DNA of 64,000 nt from a virus. This document shows, one piece after another, positions 26,704-35,221 of the stretch. Both the position numbers and the translations under genes were made by a program. Location: the IMG/VR virus record IMGVR_UViG_3300023179_000054, positions 1 to 64,000 of that record; one strand, written 5' to 3'. Numbering within the stretch: the first letter of the stretch is position 1; each line of letters starts with the position of its first letter. The notes beneath the pieces were generated by a model, which worked only from the letters and a program-made list of their open reading frames with translations, ran no database searches and had not been told where the DNA came from.

Positions 26704-28146
26704 TTATTCTCCGTTCTTTAGATATATATGATTGCCTATAACAGCACAATCTAAACTTGTAGTTTTAAGTAATTCTACTACCGTTTCAGGATGACCTGCT
26801 ATAGGTTTGCCCGCTAAGTTTAAACTGGTATTTAATAACACAGGACATCCAGTTAATTTATAAAATTCCTCCAACAGTTTTCTAAAAATAGGATTTTTAT
26901 CACCAACCGTCTGCACTCTACAAGTTCCGTCTATATGAGTTATTGAAGGTAGTATATCAGATTTTAATCGACATGTAAAGAGCATATATTCGTCTTCCCA
27001 TTCCATATCGAAATAATCTTTTGCATATTCTACCAAAACGGAGGCACCAAAAGGTCTGTAGTTTTCCCTATTTTTTATTCTATTAATTATTTCTTTACCA
27101 TTAGGAATTCTTGGGTCCATAAGTATAGAACGATTTCCTAATGCCCTTGGGCCTATTTCTCCATGACCTTGATACCAGGCCACAGTTTGTCCTTCTGATA
27201 ATTTTTTAGCAATAAGTGATATAGTTTCATCTGTAGGAATATCGGAAGGAGAAATATCATTTTGCATATATGGAAATTGCGACATATCAAACATAGAAAG
27301 ATTATGTTTTTGTCTCAAATATTCAAGACATCCTAAACTCAAACCTTCATCACAAGAATGTGGTGCAATATATAAATTTTTAAAATGTTTTTTCAAAGTG
27401 GTATTCCACACTACATTTTGTGCTACACCTCCGGAATAACCAATAACATCATCTGGAGAGGCGAATTTTGAGAAAAGTTCTAATAATAATTCTTCAATTC
27501 TAAGGTGAATAGTCCTCAACCAATTGATTTTGGTGAGTTCGGAAACAAGATTATCACCTTTATAATTTATCCAACTATTATAGTTAAATATGTCGTTTAT
27601 ATTATACATATCATATTTTCTTAAAATATTCAAATATTCTTGATCAATAGTTCCATAAGATTGCAATCCCATCGCCTTACTGGCAACATCTACATTCAGA
27701 AGAGATTTAATATTTAAAGTTGTTCCGGCATTCATCATTCCCCATCCTATAGATCCGTTTTCTTTATTACCATGACTTATAAATTTCCATTTATTTTTTT
27801 TATCGAAAACAGACCATGTTTTATGATCACCTATACCATCTATAACAAAAGACACATCAGGAATTTTACCTATTAATGGATAAACACTTAAAGCATGTGC
27901 ATAATGATGATGTATGATTTGACAATTTAATTCTAATAAAGGACCATTACATGTTGCAATATCATCCATTTCATTAAATGAAATGTTCCAAAGGTCTTTA
28001 AGTTCATTTTCAAAATCACTAAAGGTTTTGAAACTGAACCTTTTTATATCTTTTGTTCTTTCAAATTTATGAAATCTTACAAATTTACCATCATAATAGG
28101 AGACACTATGATCATGATGAGTTAAACTAATACCTAATAATTTCAT
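26704..28146 (-). CDS. NodU/CmcH-family carbamoyltransferase
   Basis: HHYAHA, IDG.GD, GGVAQN, GPRALGNRS, RPFG, HIDGTCRVQ, LNTSLN. Confidence 0.92.
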   Translation of the reverse strand: MKLLGISLTHHDHSVSYYDGKFVRFHKFERTKDIKRFSFKTFSDFENELKDLWNISFNEMDDIATCNGPLLELNCQIIHHHYAHALSVYPLIGKIPDVSFVIDGIGDHKTWSVFDKKNKWKFISHGNKENGSIGWGMMNAGTTLNIKSLLNVDVASKAMGLQSYGTIDQEYLNILRKYDMYNINDIFNYNSWINYKGDNLVSELTKINWLRTIHLRIEELLLELFSKFASPDDVIGYSGGVAQNVVWNTTLKKHFKNLYIAPHSCDEGLSLGCLEYLRQKHNLSMFDMSQFPYMQNDISPSDIPTDETISLIAKKLSEGQTVAWYQGHGEIGPRALGNRSILMDPRIPNGKEIINRIKNRENYRPFGASVLVEYAKDYFDMEWEDEYMLFTCRLKSDILPSITHIDGTCRVQTVGDKNPIFRKLLEEFYKLTGCPVLLNTSLNLAGKPIAGHPETVVELLKTTSLDCAVIGNHIYLKNGE

Positions 28147-28331
28147 TTACTCTCTTTCACCCGTTCATAATAATAGCACAAAAGATGACATAGTTCAACT
28201 GTTTTTTCTATATCACCACTTCTTATCTGGTTCTCGCCCAAAAGACTCCAACGTTCGGAGCCATTCGCTGTCTGCATCCTTCTCAAAATATCTATTGCTT
28301 CCTCGAGGTCGTCGTTGAGTAATTCGAACAT
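28143..28331 (-). CDS. Hypothetical protein
   Basis: Start MFELL after RBS AAGGA. Confidence 0.55.
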   Translation of the reverse strand: MFELLNDDLEEAIDILRRMQTANGSERWSLLGENQIRSGDIEKTVELCHLLCYYYERVKESK

Positions 28332-28524
28332 CTGATTGTTCCTTATTGTTGACCTTTTTGATCCACCCGGAACATGCTCTAACTTGTTTGTCTGATATTT
28401 CTCCATTACATATCGGCCTCATGGATGGAATAAACCATCGAGCATCAGCAACATCTAATGCCGCATATAGGAAGAGAAACACAATACCAAAGGTAAAAGG
28501 TTTCTCCTCGTGCCACTTTTTCAT
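28213..28524 (-). CDS. Hypothetical membrane/exported protein
   Basis: N-terminal TM; long overlap with next gene. Confidence 0.5.
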   Translation of the reverse strand: MKKWHEEKPFTFGIVFLFLYAALDVADARWFIPSMRPICNGEISDKQVRACSGWIKKVNNKEQSDVRITQRRPRGSNRYFEKDADSEWLRTLESFGREPDKKW

Positions 28525-28658
28525 TTAAACATATCCGCGAGTGCTTCAAACGCGCCGTTGTGCCTTAAAATCTTTAAAGACCAATTCATCGGCACATATC
28601 CGCAGAATAGTAAAAACATAGCAAGTCTAATTAATTTTTGAATGTGAGGATCTACCAT
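28521..28658 (-). CDS. Small hypothetical protein (45 aa)
   Basis: Manual translation MVDPHIQKLIRLAMF... Confidence 0.45.
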   Translation of the reverse strand: MVDPHIQKLIRLAMFLLFCGYVPMNWSLKILRHNGAFEALADMFK

Positions 28659-28669
28659 AGTTTTTTTAT

Positions 28670-28957
28670 TTAGGCTTTGTGTATAAACTGCTTTTTCTGT
28701 TCAACAGTCCACTCTTTGAGATAGTCGTTCTCCTTATCAAACATTTTTAGGTATTCTTCTTCGGTAATCTCACGATGAGAGAATGTATCCTCTGCGATAT
28801 GATGTTGTGCGAACTCTTGCAATCCATTTTCTATACCACCAGTAGCATGACAAACTATATCATCAAGGGCATACTCAATAGGATCTTCATCTCTTAACTC
28901 TATGGCATACATATGACGAAAAGTGGATACGGTTTCTACTAATACAATCTTAGGCAT
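28670..28957 (-). CDS. Conserved hypothetical phage protein
   Basis: LVETVS.FR..Y...EF.Q.H..E pattern. Confidence 0.7.
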   Translation of the reverse strand: MPKIVLVETVSTFRHMYAIELRDEDPIEYALDDIVCHATGGIENGLQEFAQHHIAEDTFSHREITEEEYLKMFDKENDYLKEWTVEQKKQFIHKA

Positions 28958-28958
28958 T

Positions 28959-29738
28959 TTATATCTCCGCTATTAGAACAGGATCAACCAAACTTCTTTC
29001 ATTAGGATATCCAAACGGATTACACACAACTCTTGTATTGAATATCTTGTAATCAAAAGCATTATGTGTATGCCCATGTATCCATAGTTTTACATTATCG
29101 GTCATCATATGCTCCAGATCAGAAGCATATAGTGTATTCAGTTCTTTATCATTCGCATACTTTTCATGAATACTTTGCCATGAGGGAGCATGATGTGTTA
29201 CGACTACACAAGGTTCAGTTATCTCCTTTTCTAGGTACATTCTAGAAAGGACGTGTTCAATATAAGCGTCCTCCGGAGTAAACTTACGATAGTTGTCTTT
29301 AGCATCACAATACTTGATGACATTAAAATCATTCATGGCAAACCTTAGTTTGTTGATCGTCAATGGATTTTCAATATCAACCTCTGTCCAAAGCGAACAA
29401 CCAACAAACTTTACACCATCAATAACGATACTTTCTTTATCAAGAAAATGTAGGTTCTTATATTCCGACAATCCTTCACGAAGAATAGAGGCAGTCTTGT
29501 TGAATGTACCTTTATAGTGTTCATGGTTGCCCATAATATAGATTACATTCTTGAAGTTGGTACAGACCTCATCAAAGAACCTGTAATATCCAACATTGTT
29601 TATATTACGTTCTTTATTTTTGAATGCCTTAGCAATACAAATATCACCAGCCAACACCAGCACATCTGCACCAGCATTAGGAATATGGACGTCATGACCA
29701 AACTCAAGATGAAGGTCTGATGCGATCTGTATCTTCAT
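28959..29738 (-). CDS. Calcineurin-like metallophosphoesterase
   Basis: SDLH, AGD, GNHE, THHAP, HGHTH. Confidence 0.9.
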   Translation of the reverse strand: MKIQIASDLHLEFGHDVHIPNAGADVLVLAGDICIAKAFKNKERNINNVGYYRFFDEVCTNFKNVIYIMGNHEHYKGTFNKTASILREGLSEYKNLHFLDKESIVIDGVKFVGCSLWTEVDIENPLTINKLRFAMNDFNVIKYCDAKDNYRKFTPEDAYIEHVLSRMYLEKEITEPCVVVTHHAPSWQSIHEKYANDKELNTLYASDLEHMMTDNVKLWIHGHTHNAFDYKIFNTRVVCNPFGYPNERSLVDPVLIAEI

Positions 29739-30105
29739 AATATTCCTCAATTAGTTTCTTACAGCGTTTCTTCCAGTCGTTTCGCTGCCATGATGCTTTG
29801 TCGTGCGATAGTTCATGGTAATCGTTGGCGATAAACTCCACGAGTTTTTTAAACTTTTCTAACTCTGCGATGCGCTCATACGGGTCTTGCTTAAACAACT
29901 CATCAGCAGCAACGACAGCACGACCATTTTCCGACTGCCAACATCCCTCCTCTGCCATAATGCCTATAGTGCGTTGGCCGATACACAGCGGCACTTCCAA
30001 CTCCGCAATCCGTTTTGCTTGAGCCTCAATAGCGTCGGCTGCTTCTATCATAGTATGACTTTGACTAGATCGTAAAAGATCAATCAACTCTTTGTGATCA
30101 GTCAT
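29704..30105 (-). CDS. RIAELE-repeat family protein (Ead/Ea22-like)
   Basis: MTD start, EAADAIEAQAKRIAELE, second RIAELE. Confidence 0.7.
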   Translation of the reverse strand: MTDHKELIDLLRSSQSHTMIEAADAIEAQAKRIAELEVPLCIGQRTIGIMAEEGCWQSENGRAVVAADELFKQDPYERIAELEKFKKLVEFIANDYHELSHDKASWQRNDWKKRCKKLIEEYYEDTDRIRPSS

Positions 30106-30301
30106 TCTCTTTACCCTTTGGATCATACACACTTTTATACCAGTTTGTGTAATCTGGTTTGGTCATATAGTCTCGTAACACTATCTCAATAGCCGCACAG
30201 ACACCATCCTCTTCTGGGTTGTTTAGCATAATCTCATAATATCCTTGTAAGTCCTGAACAACTATTCCAGATAGCATAGCATCATCTAGTTCTATTTTCA
30301 T
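30098..30301 (-). CDS. Hypothetical protein
   Basis: RBS supplied by repeat; resembles 31075-31320. Confidence 0.65.
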   Translation of the reverse strand: MKIELDDAMLSGIVVQDLQGYYEIMLNNPEEDGVCAAIEIVLRDYMTKPDYTNWYKSVYDPKGKEND

Positions 30302-30331
30302 TTTTTCTCTCCTAATACCTTACGGGCGGTG

Positions 30332-30445
30332 TTAGCAGCCCCAAATGATAAATCGTATGGCGGCTAACCATATTGTGAAATAGAAAATTGTCGGGACTAT
30401 CCCAAGATAAAACAAAGTTTCAACTAGCCAGTTAAGCATAAACAT
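30332..30445 (-). CDS. Small membrane peptide (37 aa, MFMLNWLVETLFYLG...)
   Basis: Manual translation; flanked by two array repeats. Confidence 0.55.
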   Translation of the reverse strand: MFMLNWLVETLFYLGIVPTIFYFTIWLAAIRFIIWGC

Positions 30446-30713
30446 CTTTTTTCTCCAATACTTTACGGACGGAACATATAACACTGGCAATTTGTGGACT
30501 TACATACAGCGTATTTATTGCCATTAACGGCTTTAGTGCCGCTTCTAACTCTGCGATGCGGGAGCATAGATGTAAGTTTTCTTTACCCAACTTGTCTGCT
30601 TTTATTGCTGTTTCTGCGGCAAATCTTGAAAGCCATGCAGGGTTAGACATGGCAATGGATATGGAGGATTTACTCGTAATGTCGTCAAGAAACTTTTCAA
30701 TCTCATCAGTCAT
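30432..30713 (-). CDS. RIAELE-repeat family protein
   Basis: MTD...RIAELEAALKP...RKVLEKK. Confidence 0.7.
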   Translation of the reverse strand: MTDEIEKFLDDITSKSSISIAMSNPAWLSRFAAETAIKADKLGKENLHLCSRIAELEAALKPLMAINTLYVSPQIASVICSVRKVLEKKDVYA

Positions 30714-31078
30714 TTCTTCTCTCCTAATACTTTACGGGCTTGATTAAAATACATTAGCTCAAACATAACAACATCATCTTCTTCTGCTCTCGGCTTACAA
30801 TAAGCATATCTTTCTGCCACCTCAGCAAGCGGATTTAACGCTGCTTCTAGCTCTGCGATGCGGGCGTCAAGTCGTCCGGCTTCTTTGATGTATTCATCAA
30901 CGAATTGGGCTGTCACTTCCAACTCCGCAATCCGCTTTGCTTGCGCCTTAATAGCATCAGCGGCTTCAAGCGCATCGTTTGGATCAACCGTGGGTGCACA
31001 TTCCGCACACTCCAGTGTATCTCGGGCGGCAATACCATCACGGCGCAATCGTTCCACAAGGTCTGTATATTCTTTCAT
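30710..31078 (-). CDS. RIAELE-repeat family protein
   Basis: LVERLR...EAADAI.AQAKRIAELE...RIAELEAAL.P...ARKVLGEKK. Confidence 0.7.
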   Translation of the reverse strand: MKEYTDLVERLRRDGIAARDTLECAECAPTVDPNDALEAADAIKAQAKRIAELEVTAQFVDEYIKEAGRLDARIAELEAALNPLAEVAERYAYCKPRAEEDDVVMFELMYFNQARKVLGEKK

Positions 31079-31320
31079 TTCTTTTCCCTCAAGTTCATCT
31101 TCTCTACTATCCACTCTTGGAATTGGTCATTAGTAGAATAGTAGTTTATCAAAAGGTCAATAGCATTTAGCAGTTCATCATCCGGAGGAATCGTCTCATC
31201 CGAGCAATCATACTTATCAGGCATACAGTTGAGACGATAGGCGTCTTTTAGTGACTCCAATGTGATTTCATCTTTTTGGTCGGTGTTTAGTTCAATATTC
31301 AGATCAACGGTCACTTTCAT
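31075..31320 (-). CDS. Hypothetical protein
   Basis: ORF with RBS GAGG. Confidence 0.65.
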   Translation of the reverse strand: MKVTVDLNIELNTDQKDEITLESLKDAYRLNCMPDKYDCSDETIPPDDELLNAIDLLINYYSTNDQFQEWIVEKMNLREKK

Positions 31321-31321
31321 C

Positions 31322-31600
31322 TTATTCATCCTCATCTTGGAATGGTATTGGTCTTAGAGTGTCCTGTGCCTTCATTAGTATCTCAGAAAGGGCCATACGG
31401 TATTTAAAACCATCATCCTCTAACTTAGCAATATGGTCGTTATTTTCTCTTATCGTTTTGAGTGCTTCACGCATACGGCCTTTCCAAAAATCTATTTCTG
31501 CTGCTTGTGTCTCAATAGTGTCGGCGGCTTCTCCAAGCATTTTCATTCCGCTTGTAGTATGTCCAAGGCGCAGTCGTTCAAGCAATGGTATGTCAGTCAT
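31322..31600 (-). CDS. RIAELE-family related protein
   Basis: MTD..LLERLR...EAADTIETQA...IAKLE. Confidence 0.7.
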   Translation of the reverse strand: MTDIPLLERLRLGHTTSGMKMLGEAADTIETQAAEIDFWKGRMREALKTIRENNDHIAKLEDDGFKYRMALSEILMKAQDTLRPIPFQDEDE

Positions 31601-31854
31601 TCCTTGTCTCCCAATACCTTACGGGCGGCGCGTATGTCATCGCAGTTCAACGCCCACTCATAAATAACGCCATGGTCATCCTCTTGAAGAACAGGAGTTA
31701 CATTTGCAAACGGTTTCAGCGCCGCCTCTAGTTCAGCGATGCGGTTACGGCAATCAATCAGCAATTCCCGCACAGCTTCATGGTTAGCCAGTTCTGGATT
31801 GAACAGGCCGCCGCTGGAGAGATAACCCGATATGCGTTCTAGTTCGTCAGTCAT
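31597..31854 (-). CDS. RIAELE-repeat family protein
   Basis: MTD...RIAELEAALKPFA...ARKVLGDKE. Confidence 0.7.
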   Translation of the reverse strand: MTDELERISGYLSSGGLFNPELANHEAVRELLIDCRNRIAELEAALKPFANVTPVLQEDDHGVIYEWALNCDDIRAARKVLGDKE

Positions 31855-32129
31855 TTCTTTTCCCACCATGTTATCTTTGGATTATGAAACTCGTATGCCT
31901 GAACCAACTGCTCTGTCGTCCATATTTCAGGAGTAGTGAAGTTTCCTTCAAGCCATCTTGTAAATCTAATCCAATCTTTGTTTTTCATCATACCCAGATT
32001 CAATTCGGTATATTCTGGAACATCATCACCATATACATCAATACGACCAGCACACCAGTCTTTACCATTTTCTTTGATCCATTCAGAATTGACTGGACCC
32101 ATCCAGTTTGTGCTATAATGAACTTTCAT
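31851..32129 (-). CDS. Hypothetical protein
   Basis: ORF with RBS AAGGTGG, ATGA-coupled. Confidence 0.65.
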   Translation of the reverse strand: MKVHYSTNWMGPVNSEWIKENGKDWCAGRIDVYGDDVPEYTELNLGMMKNKDWIRFTRWLEGNFTTPEIWTTEQLVQAYEFHNPKITWWEKK

Positions 32130-32140
32130 CGTGCCACCTT

Positions 32141-32533
32141 TTACTTTTTCTTACCAACATCTTCAAGATTTGTGCCGTCGGTAATATACTGATATGGACC
32201 CTTAGAATAAAGAGGGGCAGTCCTGGCCGCTTTGGCCAAGATCGCTTCCTGGACATGCTGAGGTTCTTTGTGTAGATTGGCCATAACACCACGTTTGGCA
32301 CAGGCATACTTAGTACCTTTAATACCTGTGGAAACATAATCTGACCGATCTACCTTTAGAACCTCAGCACATTCTTTTATACTATTAACCGCTTTACGCT
32401 TTTTAGGCAATTGTGATATATGAAGGCCAATGGACTTTAACCACGCCTCATGTTCTCTCGCAGACTTGGAAGGCTTGCGGGCCTTCCGTTTACGCAAGTT
32501 AGTTGTGGTATAATAAACAGGCAATAAAGGCAT
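32141..32533 (-). CDS. Basic hypothetical protein
   Basis: MPLLPVYYTT...APLYSKGPYQY; TAATG coupling. Confidence 0.7.
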   Translation of the reverse strand: MPLLPVYYTTTNLRKRKARKPSKSAREHEAWLKSIGLHISQLPKKRKAVNSIKECAEVLKVDRSDYVSTGIKGTKYACAKRGVMANLHKEPQHVQEAILAKAARTAPLYSKGPYQYITDGTNLEDVGKKK

Positions 32534-33078
32534 TATTGTTCCTCTGTGTTTTCTTCCTGATATTCTTTCCAAAACTCATATTCACTTTCCAATTCCTCGG
32601 CAAGGTGCTCTGGTAAATGATCTCGCCATTCATCATCGGCAAAATCATAATCATAACATTCATCAACACCGTCGGAATACTCACCGATAAAACCCATACC
32701 TTCTTCACGGTAATCGGCAGATATAGAAAAACCCAACTCTTCCATCTTTTTATAGAAAGCAACAGGTGGGTTCCATGCGGTATCAAAACCTAGGTCAAGT
32801 TCCTTAGGAGCATCAAGGTTGATAAACCCGTTTGAAACATCCCACTTGGTACCCCAGTTTTCGAGGCAGAAGCTATACCAATCAGTATAACCGTGTTTCT
32901 TTACGTTGTCAATTTGTTCCGGCGTATCACCACCAACATCGGCATTAATACACAAATCCTTAGGAATAGGAACAAACTCGTCAAATAAACGGCCATCCTC
33001 AAATGCCTTTTTGGCACGGGAAATCATGGCCGGATCTTTATGTGATAGGGAGAGATTATTAGAACACCAATTAGGCAT
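32533..33078 (-). CDS. DUF1281/Api92-like protein
   Basis: MPNWC.N, WY..C..NWGTKWD, FDTAW.PP; promoter TTTACA-17-TATAAT at 33104-33132. Confidence 0.8.
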   Translation of the reverse strand: MPNWCSNNLSLSHKDPAMISRAKKAFEDGRLFDEFVPIPKDLCINADVGGDTPEQIDNVKKHGYTDWYSFCLENWGTKWDVSNGFINLDAPKELDLGFDTAWNPPVAFYKKMEELGFSISADYREEGMGFIGEYSDGVDECYDYDFADDEWRDHLPEHLAEELESEYEFWKEYQEENTEEQ

Positions 33079-33212
33079 AGCACATTCCTTTCATTATGAT
33101 TACATTATAACACAAGGAATATGCGGTGTAAATGCGACATATTGTCGCACCTTGTTTACAATCAAATGATCTATAAATGGGTCAGGAGACGGTCATATGA
33201 TCTGTTTATAGA

Positions 33213-33440
33213 TCAATCCATATTTCCGAAGTCATTATTCAGGCGAGAAGCAGGAACGGAACCTCCACCACCGCTTGCGGATGATGAAGGACCGGAAGTA
33301 GGAAAGTTATGATGACTGGCATTAAAGGATGTAGAACCTTCACTCCAACCAGGATTTTGCCATGAATAGGCCGGTATATCATGTACCGGTTCTCCACTTA
33401 AAGAATGAAACTGTGCCAGTATAATCAAAGTCTTTATCAT
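33213..33440 (-). CDS. Small Ser/Gly-rich exported protein
   Basis: ATGA-coupled to upstream GT. Confidence 0.55.
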   Translation of the reverse strand: MIKTLIILAQFHSLSGEPVHDIPAYSWQNPGWSEGSTSFNASHHNFPTSGPSSSASGGGGSVPASRLNNDFGNMD

Positions 33441-34429
33441 ACTAAATTATTCACAAATTGGTCAGTTGCGGATTCCCATGAAAATTGTTTTGCTCTTGCT
33501 ACGGCATCTTCTCTTTTTAGTTTAGATGCCTTTACAATTGCTTCTTCATAGTGATAACTATCGGTTAGAATACCAGATTTACCATCTTCAATAATATATC
33601 GGTTCACCTCGTTGTCTAATCCAGCAACAGGTAATCCACATGCCATGGCCTCTAACACAACAAGTCCAAATGTGTCTGTTAGAGAAGGCCAAGCAAACAC
33701 ATCATATGCTGGTAAAAGGTCGGCAATCTCTTGTTGTGTTTTACGACCGAGAAAATAAGCATCTGTGTATCTTGCTTTGTATTCATCTAATTGTGGGCCA
33801 TCACCAATAACATATTTACTGATGTTAGGATTGCTTATCTCAAGGTATTCAATTAGATTCTTTTCTGCTGATACCCTACCGACATAAATGGCACGGATAG
33901 TACCTGTGTTGGTCCAAGGTGATGGTTTGAATAGGTCTGTATCAACTCCACGGGACCATATCTTTACGTTCCGTATACCCATTTTAGAACAGTAATCAAC
34001 CATGGCGGGGGTAGGTACCATAACACAATCGCTGTTTCTATGGAACCAACGAAAATACCTACCAGTAATTCTTGGTGGTATATAAGCGTGTTCATATAGG
34101 TATTCTGGATATCGAGTATGAAAGGATGTTGTGTAATGTCTTTTATATTTTTTACAATAATATCTTGCGGCAAGGCCTATACTTCCTTCTGTTGCTATGT
34201 GTATGTGTTCGGCATTCTTCACATATTCATCAGCAAGTCCCATAGGCATAATCGGCATATAAATGCCAGTTGATGGTTGTAATGGTACAGTTAGTTTGAA
34301 GAGGCCGGGGTGAACCACCTTGACCTCAAACCCTCGTTTCTCAAGGTGTTTAATAGTTGTCTTTAATGTCGTGACAACTCCGTTTATTTGGGGTTCCCAC
34401 GCATCTGTAAAAATAGTAATGTTACTCAT
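33437..34429 (-). CDS. GT4 glycosyltransferase, Agt-like glycolipid synthase
   Basis: TDAW.PQINGVV.TL, HIATEG.IG, FHTRYPEY, WSRGVD, VGRVS.EKN, DTFGLVVLEAMACG. Confidence 0.85.
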   Translation of the reverse strand: MSNITIFTDAWEPQINGVVTTLKTTIKHLEKRGFEVKVVHPGLFKLTVPLQPSTGIYMPIMPMGLADEYVKNAEHIHIATEGSIGLAARYYCKKYKRHYTTSFHTRYPEYLYEHAYIPPRITGRYFRWFHRNSDCVMVPTPAMVDYCSKMGIRNVKIWSRGVDTDLFKPSPWTNTGTIRAIYVGRVSAEKNLIEYLEISNPNISKYVIGDGPQLDEYKARYTDAYFLGRKTQQEIADLLPAYDVFAWPSLTDTFGLVVLEAMACGLPVAGLDNEVNRYIIEDGKSGILTDSYHYEEAIVKASKLKREDAVARAKQFSWESATDQFVNNLV

Positions 34430-35166
34430 CGTCTTATTATCTCAAACTTTCCATTATGGTGTTCAACAATAGCGGTACAGGATTCTACCCAGTCGCCGCA
34501 GTTTAAGTATTCAATATTATCAAAAGAACATATATTAGCATGATGAATATGGCCGCAAACCACCCCATCGACGCATCTCCTTCTGGCAGCATCAGCAACT
34601 ACCTTTTCGTAATCACCGATAAAGTTTACCGCTTCTTTGACACTCGATTTTGCCCATGCTGAGAGGGAAAAACCACGAATGCCTAATATATGGTATATAT
34701 TCTGCAAATACCTATTAAGGTCTATCATCCTATCATACAACCATCCACCTATTAAGGCAAGCCATTTGGCGTTCATCGTAACAAGGTCAAACTGGTCTCC
34801 ATGAATAATAAGGTATTTCTTACCGTTTTCTCCATAGTGTATAGCATCATTCACCAGTTTTATACTACCCATTTCTATTCCATTATACTCTCTAAGGAAT
34901 TCATCATGATTACCTGTAACGTATATAACCGGAATATCTTTCTTAGATTGTTTTAGGAAGAATTGAATAACGTTATTGTGCGCCTGAGGCCAATAGACTT
35001 TCTTTCTCATCATCCATCCGTCTATGATATCTCCAATCAAGTAATATCTGTCGGCTTCGGTTTCTTTGAGGAACTCTAAGAGTTTTTCTGCGTTTGAATA
35101 TTTGGTGCCAAGATGAACATCGGATATAAAGATACTTCTATACTTTTTCTTATCTTTACTTTTCAA
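34426..35166 (-). CDS. plcP: PlcP-like phospholipase C (LpxH-like metallophosphoesterase)
   Basis: FISDVHLG, GDIIDGW, YWPQ.HN.V, GNHDEFLR, HGDQFD, CGHIH, Y.N.GDWVESCTA; TTG start. Confidence 0.8.
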   Translation of the reverse strand: MKSKDKKKYRSIFISDVHLGTKYSNAEKLLEFLKETEADRYYLIGDIIDGWMMRKKVYWPQAHNNVIQFFLKQSKKDIPVIYVTGNHDEFLREYNGIEMGSIKLVNDAIHYGENGKKYLIIHGDQFDLVTMNAKWLALIGGWLYDRMIDLNRYLQNIYHILGIRGFSLSAWAKSSVKEAVNFIGDYEKVVADAARRRCVDGVVCGHIHHANICSFDNIEYLNCGDWVESCTAIVEHHNGKFEIIRR

Positions 35167-35221
35167 GGCCGCTCCTTTGGTTAGAAGGCCTATTATTTAT
35201 CGCACCGCAACATTAACCGTT

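Larger units (their letters stand above)
29858..31743. repeat. Dispersed DNA repeats of the RIAELE / RKVLG gene array
   Basis: GCCCGTAARGTATTRGGAGA-like at 30302-30327, 30447-30470, 30714-30739, 31601-31626 (minus); TCTAACTCTGCGATGCG-like at 29858, 30544, 30846, 31727; ~54-bp pair at 29992-30045 and 30914-30967. Confidence 0.85.

Noticed and set aside
29858-31743. Possible CRISPR array or DGR in the repeat-rich region
   Set aside because: Repeats are irregularly spaced, mostly in-frame coding and degenerate; no cas or reverse transcriptase gene and no adenine-specific mismatch pattern
35167-35221. Expected Pho box upstream of the plcP-like gene
   Set aside because: No CTGTCAT-like 11-bp tandem repeat visible
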